DNA of 24,000 nucleotides from Enterovibrio sp. 27052020O (GCF_045679545.1 NZ_CP166195.1:1012690-1036689), one strand, 5' to 3'. Shown: positions 8,467-15,651, counted from the stretch's first letter. Notes: a model not told the origin generated them from the sequence alone. Numbers and translations: made by a program.

Positions 8467-10413
8467 TTATGCAGCTTCAGTAGAAGAGAGTATTTCTAGA
8501 ACTTCATTAACGTCTGTCGTTGAAGAAAGGCGTTCAATGGCATCTGGATCATCCAGTGCGTTGGTGATGGCAGTAATAACTTGGATGTGCTCGTCATTTT
8601 TCGCTGCGATACCAATAACCAGTTTTGCCACATCGTCTTCATCATCAGTGAAACGAACGCCAGCAGGGTATTGGCAAATCACGATACCTGTTTTCTTGAC
8701 CTTGTCTTTCGCTTCAATGGTGCCATGTGGAACCGCGATAGACTCGCCAAGGTAGGTTGAAACCAGTTTTTCACGGGCAAACATGGCATCCACGTACTCA
8801 GGCTCGACGTAACCCAATTCAACCAAACGTTCACCTGCGAAGCGAATCGCGTCCTCTTTGTTGTCTGCACGAAGGCCAAGATGCACGTTCTTCTTCTCTA
8901 GTTGAAACGCGGGTAAAGGTTGAGGCTGTAGGGTCTCATCGTTAGCTGCGAGTAATGGCTTTTTAAGGTACTCTGCATCATTTGCGGCCTTTGGGCCTTG
9001 AGCTGCCAACAGTTGGGTCACCAAGTTGTTGTAAACCTCACCATCTAAGAAGTTTTGCAACGAAATGTGGTGAGCGTGCTCTGCATGTTTACGGGCACGG
9101 TCAGTCAGGTCAGAGTGCGTAACCACGATATCAACGTCTGATGGCAAGTTGTTAATCGCCACATTGGTCACCGTAATATTAAGGCCTGCGTCTTTCACTT
9201 TCTTACGCAGCAACCCTGCCCCCATGGCGCTTGAGCCCATACCCGCATCACAAGCAACAATGATGCTTGTCACAGATGCCATGTTTACGTTACCGCTATT
9301 TTTAGCTGCAACTGCACCTTTTGACGTGGCTTTCATGTCTTTCATTTGTGATGTTGCTTTGCTCAGTGCATCTTCGTCACCGTCTTCATCGGTGGTGCGC
9401 TGTGCTTTTAGCAGAATTGATGCAACGAAGAATGACACTGCGGTTGAAGCCGCGACTGATAACAGTACGCCCACCAACGAGCTTTTCGGTGTCATCAACA
9501 ATATCGCGAAGATAGAACCCGGTGATGCAGGTGATACCAATCCAGCGTTGAACACCGTCAGAATGAATACGCCAGTCATACCGCCAGCAATAGCAGCTAG
9601 CAGAAGACGCGGGTTCATCAGTACATACGGGAAATAGATCTCGTGGATGCCACCAAAGATTTGGATGATGGATGCACCGCCTGCCGTCTGTTTTGCCATA
9701 CCCTTGCCGAAGAACATGTAAGCCAGAAGAATACCAAGACCTGGGCCTGGGTTGGCTTCAATCAAGAAGAATATCGACTTACCCGTTTCTGCAGCCTGCT
9801 GAATGCCCAACGGAGAGAAGATACCGTGGTTAATTGCATTGTTTAGGAACAGAATTTTCGCTGGTTCAACAAGGATAGAAGTAAGAGGAAGAAGGTTTGC
9901 TTCAACAAGGAAGTTAACCCCTGATGCCAGTAAGTCTGAAATGACTTTAACAAATGGGCCAATCAGGAAGAACGCAATGATGGCACACAGCATACCAATG
10001 ATGCCGGATGAGAAGTTGTTAACCAACATCTCAAAGCCGCTTCTGACTTTGCCATCCATTTTCTTATCGAAAGTTTTGATGGCTAGACCACCCATTGGAC
10101 CGGCGATCATTGCGCCCATAAACATGGGAATGTCTGCACCGACAATAACCCCCATGGTGGTGACTGCGCCCACAACTGCGCCACGGTCGCCGCCAACGAG
10201 CTTACCACCGGTATAGCCGATAAGAAGCGGAAGTAAGTAAGTGATCATAGGGCCAACTAAGGCAGCCAGTGTTTCGTTTGGCCACCAACCGGTTGGAATA
10301 AACAGTGCTGTGATTAAACCCCACGCGATAAACGCGCCAATGTTAGGCATAACCATGTTTGAGAGAAACCGACCAAAATTTTGTACTTTGATCTTCGCAT
10401 CTGGTGATATCAT
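8467..10413 (-). CDS. mtlA: PTS mannitol-specific transporter, EIICBA
   Basis: 648 aa, near-collinear with E. coli MtlA: IKVQNFGRFLSNMVMPNIGAFIAWG, FLNNAINHGIFSPLGIQQ, the IIB block IIVACDAGMGSSAMGA, and the IIA block LGESIAVPHGT. ATG at 10413. Confidence 0.95.
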   Translation of the reverse strand: MISPDAKIKVQNFGRFLSNMVMPNIGAFIAWGLITALFIPTGWWPNETLAALVGPMITYLLPLLIGYTGGKLVGGDRGAVVGAVTTMGVIVGADIPMFMGAMIAGPMGGLAIKTFDKKMDGKVRSGFEMLVNNFSSGIIGMLCAIIAFFLIGPFVKVISDLLASGVNFLVEANLLPLTSILVEPAKILFLNNAINHGIFSPLGIQQAAETGKSIFFLIEANPGPGLGILLAYMFFGKGMAKQTAGGASIIQIFGGIHEIYFPYVLMNPRLLLAAIAGGMTGVFILTVFNAGLVSPASPGSIFAILLMTPKSSLVGVLLSVAASTAVSFFVASILLKAQRTTDEDGDEDALSKATSQMKDMKATSKGAVAAKNSGNVNMASVTSIIVACDAGMGSSAMGAGLLRKKVKDAGLNITVTNVAINNLPSDVDIVVTHSDLTDRARKHAEHAHHISLQNFLDGEVYNNLVTQLLAAQGPKAANDAEYLKKPLLAANDETLQPQPLPAFQLEKKNVHLGLRADNKEDAIRFAGERLVELGYVEPEYVDAMFAREKLVSTYLGESIAVPHGTIEAKDKVKKTGIVICQYPAGVRFTDDEDDVAKLVIGIAAKNDEHIQVITAITNALDDPDAIERLSSTTDVNEVLEILSSTEAA

Positions 10414-10419
10414 AAACGT

Positions 10420-10536
10420 TACCCGTTTGAAGTTTCTTTGAATTGTGTATAGCGGTTCGCCAAAACCGCTGGTTTGTTTGTCCTCAAAATCAAATTACCA
10501 CACAAATTCTCAAAGACACTGATAACGGGTTTTTTG
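10420..10536 (+). ncRNA. mtlS: Candidate MtlS-like cis-antisense sRNA over the mtlA RBS and 5' UTR
   Basis: An extended -10 on the + strand, TGaTATCAT (10405-10413), overlaps the mtlA start codon and would start transcription near 10420. ACCCGTT (10421-10427) is complementary to AACGGGT (10524-10530), which is followed by a run of six T (10530-10535). An internal hairpin AGCGGTT-CGCCA-AACCGCT lies at 10451-10469. The size, about 115 nt, matches the roughly 120-nt MtlS described in V. cholerae. Boundaries are not verified. Confidence 0.3.
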
Positions 10537-10550
10537 TGACCCCCGTCACC
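10535..10550. promoter_or_regulatory. CRP-like binding site in the mtlA control region
   Basis: TGTGAcccccgTCACC matches the consensus TGTGA-N6-TCACA at 9 of 10 positions. A possible extended -10 on the minus strand (TGgTAATTT, + coordinates 10492-10500) lies about 50 nt downstream of it. Confidence 0.5.
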
Positions 10551-10705
10551 ATTATTCCCTCTTGATCTTCAAAAAAAGTGAGAGCCATCTCGCATTTGTT
10601 GTGTGGTTTTATTTCATTTTCGCCATAAATCAAAAGTCAATATTTTTTTATCGCCTCAATGTTGGTGGCTGTCACATTTTTTAGTATTTTACTTGTGATA
10701 TTTAT

Positions 10706-10721
10706 TGTGATTAAGATCACT
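10706..10721. promoter_or_regulatory. CRP-like binding site, distal, in the mtlA control region
   Basis: TGTGAttaagaTCACT matches the CRP consensus at 9 of 10 positions. Weaker sites occur at 10661-10676 (GTTGGtggctgTCACA) and 10757-10772 (AGTGAtctagaTCTCT). The E. coli mtl promoter is known to carry multiple CRP sites. Confidence 0.5.
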
Positions 10722-10873
10722 TAATTGGCTAATTTACGGGAATGTTAAAAAGTTTGAGTGATCTAGATCTCTTTATGTTTATTAATTCGCACCGTTAAAA
10801 AATAGAAGCACTTCCCGGTGCTTAATCCTGTAATTTTTTTACATAGTGTGATTGCTTTGTTTGTTTTAGGCCT

Positions 10874-10907
10874 TATACCCAAGCATCTTGAGGTTGTTTG
10901 GGTCTAG
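10874..10907 (+). repeat. Short palindromic dispersed element, copy A
   Basis: TATACCCAAGCATCTTGAGGTTGTTTGGGTCTAG. The arms TATACCCA and TGGGTCTA are 7/8 complementary. The core CATCTTGAGGTTGTTTGGGTCTA recurs at 12357-12378 and 20534-20556. Confidence 0.6.
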
Positions 10908-11064
10908 ATTCCCAAATGTCTTGAAGAAGCCTGAGAATATCGCTGTGTTAAAAAATGTGTCGCCGGATAAGACTTGGTTAATAACCAAGCACTCACATTG
11001 ATGCTGTTTGAGTATAGTTATCACTCTGCTATGCTGGCTCGAGAAAATAAGCTGGAGTGATGGA

Positions 11065-11328
11065 ATGAAAAAAATTAAACACGAAGCCCAGTTACTGAAA
11101 AAAGCGCTGCAAATTGGAGAGCAGTACGCGGCGAAACGCGGGTTTACGAGCTTTGATGATGGGACGTCCAACAAAATCAAAATTGAATGTATCTACCGTC
11201 TATTGGTGGATGACAAAATTATCGTTCCTCTTGCCTCTGACAAGGAAGACGGCCCAAATATGAAGCACAAACTGGTGCTTTGGATTCAAAAACAGCTTCC
11301 AGAAGGACACCCACTTCTCGCTGACTAA
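11065..11328 (+). CDS. Small hypothetical protein (87 aa)
   Basis: ATG at 11065 (MKKIKHEAQLL...) with GGAG 8 nt upstream; the track ORF starts earlier at 11008. No family recognised. Coding status rests only on ORF length, the RBS and a sensible composition. Confidence 0.45.
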   Translation: MKKIKHEAQLLKKALQIGEQYAAKRGFTSFDDGTSNKIKIECIYRLLVDDKIIVPLASDKEDGPNMKHKLVLWIQKQLPEGHPLLAD

Positions 11329-11421
11329 TTACCAAAACTAAACTCAGACCAAAATAAAGCTTCACCATTTTTCATCTCGCGCAGATTGGCAGTATGCGTA
11401 AACAACATGAGAGTTCTGATC

Positions 11422-11886
11422 ATGAAAAAGACAGCACTTATCTATGGCGCCATGGGGTTGATACCCTTTGTCGCTTTCGGCATTTTGTTACCTATCTGGC
11501 CCATTGACTGGCAGAGCGCACTCGTTCACACCTTTTTGAGTTACAGCGCTGTCATCTTGGCGTTTCTTTCTGGGGCTGTTTGGGGAATGACAATCAGTGG
11601 CGCAAAGCCTGATAAGCCAACGAATGGGTTAACGGTAGGGATTGTATTTTCTTTGGTTGCGGTTGGCGCTTTGTTGATGCCGTATCCTTATTCGCTCTAC
11701 CTACTGATCGCATCGTTTGTGATTTTGTTTGCGCTGGAAGTGGGGCTGATGTTTAAAGGAATTTATCCCTTTTGGTATACCCTCATGCGCGCGGCATTAA
11801 CCGCTATTGTGGTGGTGTGCCATATTTTCTTACTGTATTGGTTAGAAGGGATAGGACTGAGTGGGCTGCCTTCTCAGGCGATATAA
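11422..11886 (+). CDS. DUF3429-family integral membrane protein
   Basis: Four or five hydrophobic segments. The motif YSAVILAFLSGAVWG resembles the conserved DUF3429 block (..ILSFLGG..WG). The start at 11422 (MKKTALIYG) is preferred; 11408 is a possible alternative. Confidence 0.65.
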   Translation: MKKTALIYGAMGLIPFVAFGILLPIWPIDWQSALVHTFLSYSAVILAFLSGAVWGMTISGAKPDKPTNGLTVGIVFSLVAVGALLMPYPYSLYLLIASFVILFALEVGLMFKGIYPFWYTLMRAALTAIVVVCHIFLLYWLEGIGLSGLPSQAI

Positions 11887-11890
11887 ACGA

Positions 11891-11916
11891 AAAGCGCCGT
11901 GAGGCGCTTTTTTTAT
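11891..11916. terminator. Rho-independent terminator, usable from both strands
   Basis: AAAGCGCC-GTGA-GGCGCTTT followed by TTTTATT. It sits 5 nt after the stop at 11886 and 23 nt from the stop of the convergent gene at 11939. Confidence 0.8.
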
Positions 11917-11938
11917 TCAATATTCATGTCACTCGCGG

Positions 11939-12211
11939 TTAATCTTCCAGATCTTCCTGCCACGGCATTTCCGGCAACATTTCAAGATGCTCTTCGTAGC
12001 GTTTTAAGTTGAACTCACCACTACCTTTCGCCACATCGTAGATTTCCACCATTAGCGCACATGCGATGTATTCGATAGCTTCCTCTTGAGAAGAGCCCGT
12101 CATGCGCAGACGCATCAAGGTTTCTTTTACTTTCTTTGGATTATTGTCGGAGAGTTGATTCTCAACGATTTCAATCAGGTGTTCACTGGTAAGGATGTCG
12201 TCGTCATTCAT
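11939..12211 (-). CDS. Small acidic protein, DUF1841-like (tentative)
   Basis: 90 aa with an ATG at 12211 and AAGG upstream. The pattern ENQLSDNNPKKVKETLMRL..G.SQEEAIEYIACAL resembles the DUF1841 pattern as I remember it. Not verified. Confidence 0.5.
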   Translation of the reverse strand: MNDDDILTSEHLIEIVENQLSDNNPKKVKETLMRLRMTGSSQEEAIEYIACALMVEIYDVAKGSGEFNLKRYEEHLEMLPEMPWQEDLED

Positions 12212-12327
12212 GATTTTTTGCCTTGCGCTTGCGTGGTTATGTTTTTCGCTGAGTATGGTACGGCAAAAGGAAGCCTAACCGCTACTGAGACAACGAAATT
12301 ATATTTTTACCACCATACTTAAGCAGT

Positions 12328-12378
12328 TATACCCAAACAAATGCTCGCTGAAAAAGCATCTTGAAGTTGCTGGGTATA
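12328..12378 (+). repeat. Short palindromic dispersed element, copy B (expanded), in the fumC leader
   Basis: TATACCCA (12328-12335) pairs perfectly with TGGGTATA (12371-12378). An inner stem ATGCT (12341-12345) / AGCAT (12355-12359) is also present. Compared with copy A it carries an insertion of about 18 nt. It ends 10 nt before the fumC RBS GGGAG. Confidence 0.6.
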
Positions 12379-12399
12379 GTCATGACTTGGGAGTATTAA

Positions 12400-13791
12400 A
12401 TGAATACGGAAGAAGTACGAGTAGAACATGACAGTATGGGTGAAGTGGAAGTGCCCAAAAATATGCTTTATCAAGCCCAGACTCAACGTGCGGTAAACAA
12501 CTTTACTGTCAGTGGACGTCGGATGCCGAAGACATTTATTCGTGCGCTAGCAATGGTTAAGTATTGTGCCGCCAGCGTAAACAGCAGTTTGGCGCTATTG
12601 GATGCCCAAATCGCTGGAGCAATCACTGAAAGCTGTGAAGACATTATTGCTGGAGAATATTTCGACCATTTCCCTGTTGATGTATTTCAAACAGGTTCAG
12701 GTACCAGCTCTAACATGAACATGAATGAGGTGGTTGCTACGCTAGCAACTATCAAGTGTGGCGTAGACATCAGCCCCAATGACCATGTCAACATGAGTCA
12801 AAGCAGCAATGACTCCATACCCACAGCGATTCAAATCAGCGCGGTACTTGAGTGCGAAAATCAGTTGCTCCCAGCACTTGATACAGTGATTGCGGCCTTA
12901 GAGAGTAAAGGAGCAGAAATAGGGCATATCGTCAAAACTGGACGAACCCATTTGATGGATGCGATGCCAGTGACCTTTGGCCAAGAGTTGGACGCGTGGA
13001 AACGGCAAATTGCCAGTTGTCGACGCGGTATCGTTTTTGCGTTAGAAGAGGCCAAAAAGCTCGCACAAGGCGGCACTGCCGTAGGAACCGGCATTAATGC
13101 TCACCCGCAGTTTGCTTCCCTGTTTGCCACAGAGATCACTGCATTAACGGGAATTCAATTTGAAGCGCATGCGCATCCCTTCAATGCGATGGGGAGCCAA
13201 GATGCCTTGGTAGGTTTATCGGGACAGCTGCGAAATCTCGCTGTGGCAGTGATGAAAATCAGCAATGATTTAAGGTGGATGAACTCGGGGCCTTTGGCTG
13301 GGCTGGGTGAAATTGAACTTGAAAGCTTGCAGCCGGGTTCATCGATTATGCCCGGCAAGGTCAATCCCGTTGTTCCTGAGGCGAGTGCCATGGTCGCGGC
13401 GCAGGTGATGGGAAATGACGCCACCATTGGTATTGCAGGGCAGTCAGGAAACTTTGAGCTTAACGTGATGTTGCCGCTAATTGCCGACAATCTACTGGAA
13501 AGCATTCATTTAATGGCCAATGCGCTAAGTCTTCTTGCGACAAAAGCTATCTCGACGTTTAAGGTGCGTGAAGAGCGTGTGGGAGCGGCATTGGAGAGAA
13601 ACCCAATTCTGGTAACAGCACTTAACCCTGTCATTGGATATTTGAAAGCGGCGGATATTGCGAAAAAAGCTTACAAAGAGAATCGGCCAATCATAGATGT
13701 TGCCCTTGAAGAAACGGATTTGACACGAGAGCAACTTGAAGCGTTGCTAGACCCTGTCACGCTAACACGTGGAGGGATTGCGGATAAATAG
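12400..13791 (+). CDS. fumC: Class II fumarate hydratase (fumarase/aspartase superfamily, FumC-like)
   Basis: ATG at 12400 with a GGGAG RBS. Contains the superfamily signature GSSIMPGKVNP. FumC-type blocks are AQTQR, QTGSGTSSNMNMNEV, SQSSNDSIPTA and GRTHLMDA, the last with His where aspartase has Gln. The segment after the SS loop (KVNPVVPE) is aspartase-like. Confidence 0.75.
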   Translation: MNTEEVRVEHDSMGEVEVPKNMLYQAQTQRAVNNFTVSGRRMPKTFIRALAMVKYCAASVNSSLALLDAQIAGAITESCEDIIAGEYFDHFPVDVFQTGSGTSSNMNMNEVVATLATIKCGVDISPNDHVNMSQSSNDSIPTAIQISAVLECENQLLPALDTVIAALESKGAEIGHIVKTGRTHLMDAMPVTFGQELDAWKRQIASCRRGIVFALEEAKKLAQGGTAVGTGINAHPQFASLFATEITALTGIQFEAHAHPFNAMGSQDALVGLSGQLRNLAVAVMKISNDLRWMNSGPLAGLGEIELESLQPGSSIMPGKVNPVVPEASAMVAAQVMGNDATIGIAGQSGNFELNVMLPLIADNLLESIHLMANALSLLATKAISTFKVREERVGAALERNPILVTALNPVIGYLKAADIAKKAYKENRPIIDVALEETDLTREQLEALLDPVTLTRGGIADK

Positions 13792-13812
13792 TGGAGGGAT
13801 TGCGGATAAATA
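13769..13812 (+). repeat. Perfect 22-bp tandem duplication spanning the fumC stop codon
   Basis: GTGGAGGGATTGCGGATAAATA occurs at 13769-13790 and again, identically, at 13791-13812. Read directly from the sequence. Confidence 0.95.
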
Positions 13813-13994
13813 ACAGAGAGATATCAATTCCCCGTTTAACGTGGGTGTATGCAGGAAAGTGTACGAAACAGCTTCAGCATCAAGGGCGCATCGCCTTAAA
13901 CGGCAACTATTGATCAATGCGTAGATTCTTTTCTTGGTTTGCCCCGGTATACCTGAGACAATTCATCCGTATTTTTTATATCAGACGGCTTAAT

Positions 13995-14234
13995 ATGAAA
14001 CTTTTAGTTCGCAACCTTGCGCGCATCACGACTGAGCACGAACTGCGTGTTCTATTTTCTGCACATGGCTCAGTGGGTGAATGCACGCTTGTTTTAGACC
14101 AAGAAACGGGTCTGTCGAAAGGCTTTGCGTTTGTTGAAATGCCAAATGAAGATGAAGCAAAAGCAGCGATTGCAGCTCTGAATCAAAGCGATGTTGCTAA
14201 GAGCAAGATCCGCGTTAAGAAAGCAGACAGTTAA
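13995..14234 (+). CDS. RRM (RNP-1/RNP-2) type RNA-binding protein, 79 aa
   Basis: ATG at 13995; the track ORF begins upstream at 13917. RNP-2 is LLVRNL and RNP-1 is KGFAFVEM. The single-domain size is typical of bacterial Rbp proteins. A strong terminator follows. Confidence 0.85.
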   Translation: MKLLVRNLARITTEHELRVLFSAHGSVGECTLVLDQETGLSKGFAFVEMPNEDEAKAAIAALNQSDVAKSKIRVKKADS

Positions 14235-14257
14235 TTCAACAACACTGATTGATGAGA

Positions 14258-14288
14258 AAGCCAGCCTTCTAAGGGCTGGCTTTTTTGT
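14258..14288 (+). terminator. Rho-independent terminator after the RRM gene
   Basis: GCCAGCC (14260-14266) - TTCTAAG - GGCTGGC (14274-14280), followed by TTTTTTGTTGG. It may also serve the convergent msrB. Confidence 0.85.
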
Positions 14289-14343
14289 TGGTTGAATTTT
14301 CTATCGCGAGTATCGACTTAAATGCCTGTCACGCAAGATAGAT

Positions 14344-14787
14344 TTATGATTCCTTGTTCATGGCGACGGCATTAATGCAGTAGCGAAGTTTGGTCGGTGC
14401 TGGCCCATCTGGGAATACATGCCCGAGGTGTGCATCACAGACGTTGCACGTTACTTCAATACGGGTCATGCCGTGAGTAATATCCATGTTGTATGCCACG
14501 ACATTCTCCTCAATTGGTGCAGTGAATGACGGCCAACCTGTGCCCGAATCAAACTTTTCTTGCGCATCGAAAAGTCGAGTATGACAGCAGGCGCAAGCAT
14601 AAATCCCGGGCTGAAAAATACCGCACATCTCTGAACTAAATGGACGTTCAGTACCGTGCTTACGTGTCACATAGAATTGTTCTTCGCTCAGCTCGGCCTG
14701 CCACTCCACCTCCGATTTTTCAACCCAACGTGGTGGGGTAGGGTTACCGTTTTTTGCAGTGGTTATTACAGACTCCCAGTTAAGCAT
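14344..14787 (-). CDS. msrB: Peptide-methionine (R)-S-oxide reductase
   Basis: 147 aa with an ATG at 14787 and AAGGTG upstream. It has two CxxC pairs (CACC..., CNVCDAHLGHVF), the GTGWPSF block, and the catalytic RYCIN typical of the SelR/MsrB family. Confidence 0.9.
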   Translation of the reverse strand: MLNWESVITTAKNGNPTPPRWVEKSEVEWQAELSEEQFYVTRKHGTERPFSSEMCGIFQPGIYACACCHTRLFDAQEKFDSGTGWPSFTAPIEENVVAYNMDITHGMTRIEVTCNVCDAHLGHVFPDGPAPTKLRYCINAVAMNKES

Positions 14788-14961
14788 AATGTCACCTTCT
14801 TATGTGTTGTCATGGTTATTCGCGCGACAAAAATGACGCGATGAAACGATAAAGGTAAATCGCGTCATGCATGAAAAGACCGCATGGATCACAAATTAAT
14901 TTCATGTTGCTCTCAGATAGAGATCGGCGCCACACGTCGTGATTTGTACTATGTTTGAACC

Positions 14962-15600
14962 ATGAAGAGTCTTCAGCTTCTCTCCCTACGCCTTCGAGAT
15001 ATCTCGCGCTATCAGCAGACAGCATGTGTTGCCATGTTGTTTTTGTTGATCATGATGACAAGTGGCTGCTCGCCTTCTTACCCTACGACAGATACGTTAA
15101 CGAACTTTTCTCAGATCAAAGAAGATGAAATGATTGTTGTCGGGCGACTCAGCGTGTTGCCAGCGGTGGTTGGCGCTTCGCTAAAAAAAGAAACGGACAC
15201 TTTTGTCCCTTTTCAAAGGGAAAGAGTGCTGATTTGGATTCGTGCAGACAAGACTTCGGCCAATTCACTCGGCTTGTTGGCTGATTGGGCGCACACGTTC
15301 TACTTTGCGGTTCCAAAACAGACTCAATTGCTGATAGGTTTGGAACGTGCGTTTGATGATGATGGCGATCCAGCTTATGCCATGTTGGCACTTCCAGAGC
15401 CGCTGAAATTTTTGGTGCGCGTTGACGACAACGTCGTGTATATCGGCAATCTTCGAGTCTATACCGACGAGTTTGATGAGATTGTTGCGGTTGAAGTAGT
15501 GGACGAATCTCAATCTGCTCTTCGTGATGTTCGAGAGCGCTTTGGCGATAAAGTGCGATTTCGTGTCTCCTTACTCGCCCCTCCTCAATATTTTCGTTGA
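14962..15600 (+). CDS. Hypothetical lipoprotein
   Basis: 212-aa ORF with an ATG at 14962. It has a basic N-region, then the hydrophobic ACVAMLFLLIMMTSG-C with a lipobox-like TSGC. No family recognised. Confidence 0.5.
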   Translation: MKSLQLLSLRLRDISRYQQTACVAMLFLLIMMTSGCSPSYPTTDTLTNFSQIKEDEMIVVGRLSVLPAVVGASLKKETDTFVPFQRERVLIWIRADKTSANSLGLLADWAHTFYFAVPKQTQLLIGLERAFDDDGDPAYAMLALPEPLKFLVRVDDNVVYIGNLRVYTDEFDEIVAVEVVDESQSALRDVRERFGDKVRFRVSLLAPPQYFR

Positions 15601-15651
15601 ACACACTTGTTGGCATGTTATTTCGGGAATCTTCGCTACCTCGCTACCTCG

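Noticed and set aside
8537-10441. Multiple + strand ORFs (for example 9149-9637 and 9803-10216) antisense to mtlA. Similar antisense ORFs lie inside mtlD, rluF, fumC, lipA, lipB and the rimK module.
   Set aside because: These are shadow ORFs opposite strongly supported, homolog-matched genes. Their translations are low-complexity and carry no motifs.
10866-11180. 104-aa minus-strand ORF upstream of the mtlA control region.
   Set aside because: It overlaps the better-supported + strand small ORF (11065-11328) and the palindromic repeat copy A. Its composition is hydrophobic and low-complexity, with no RBS and no recognisable family.
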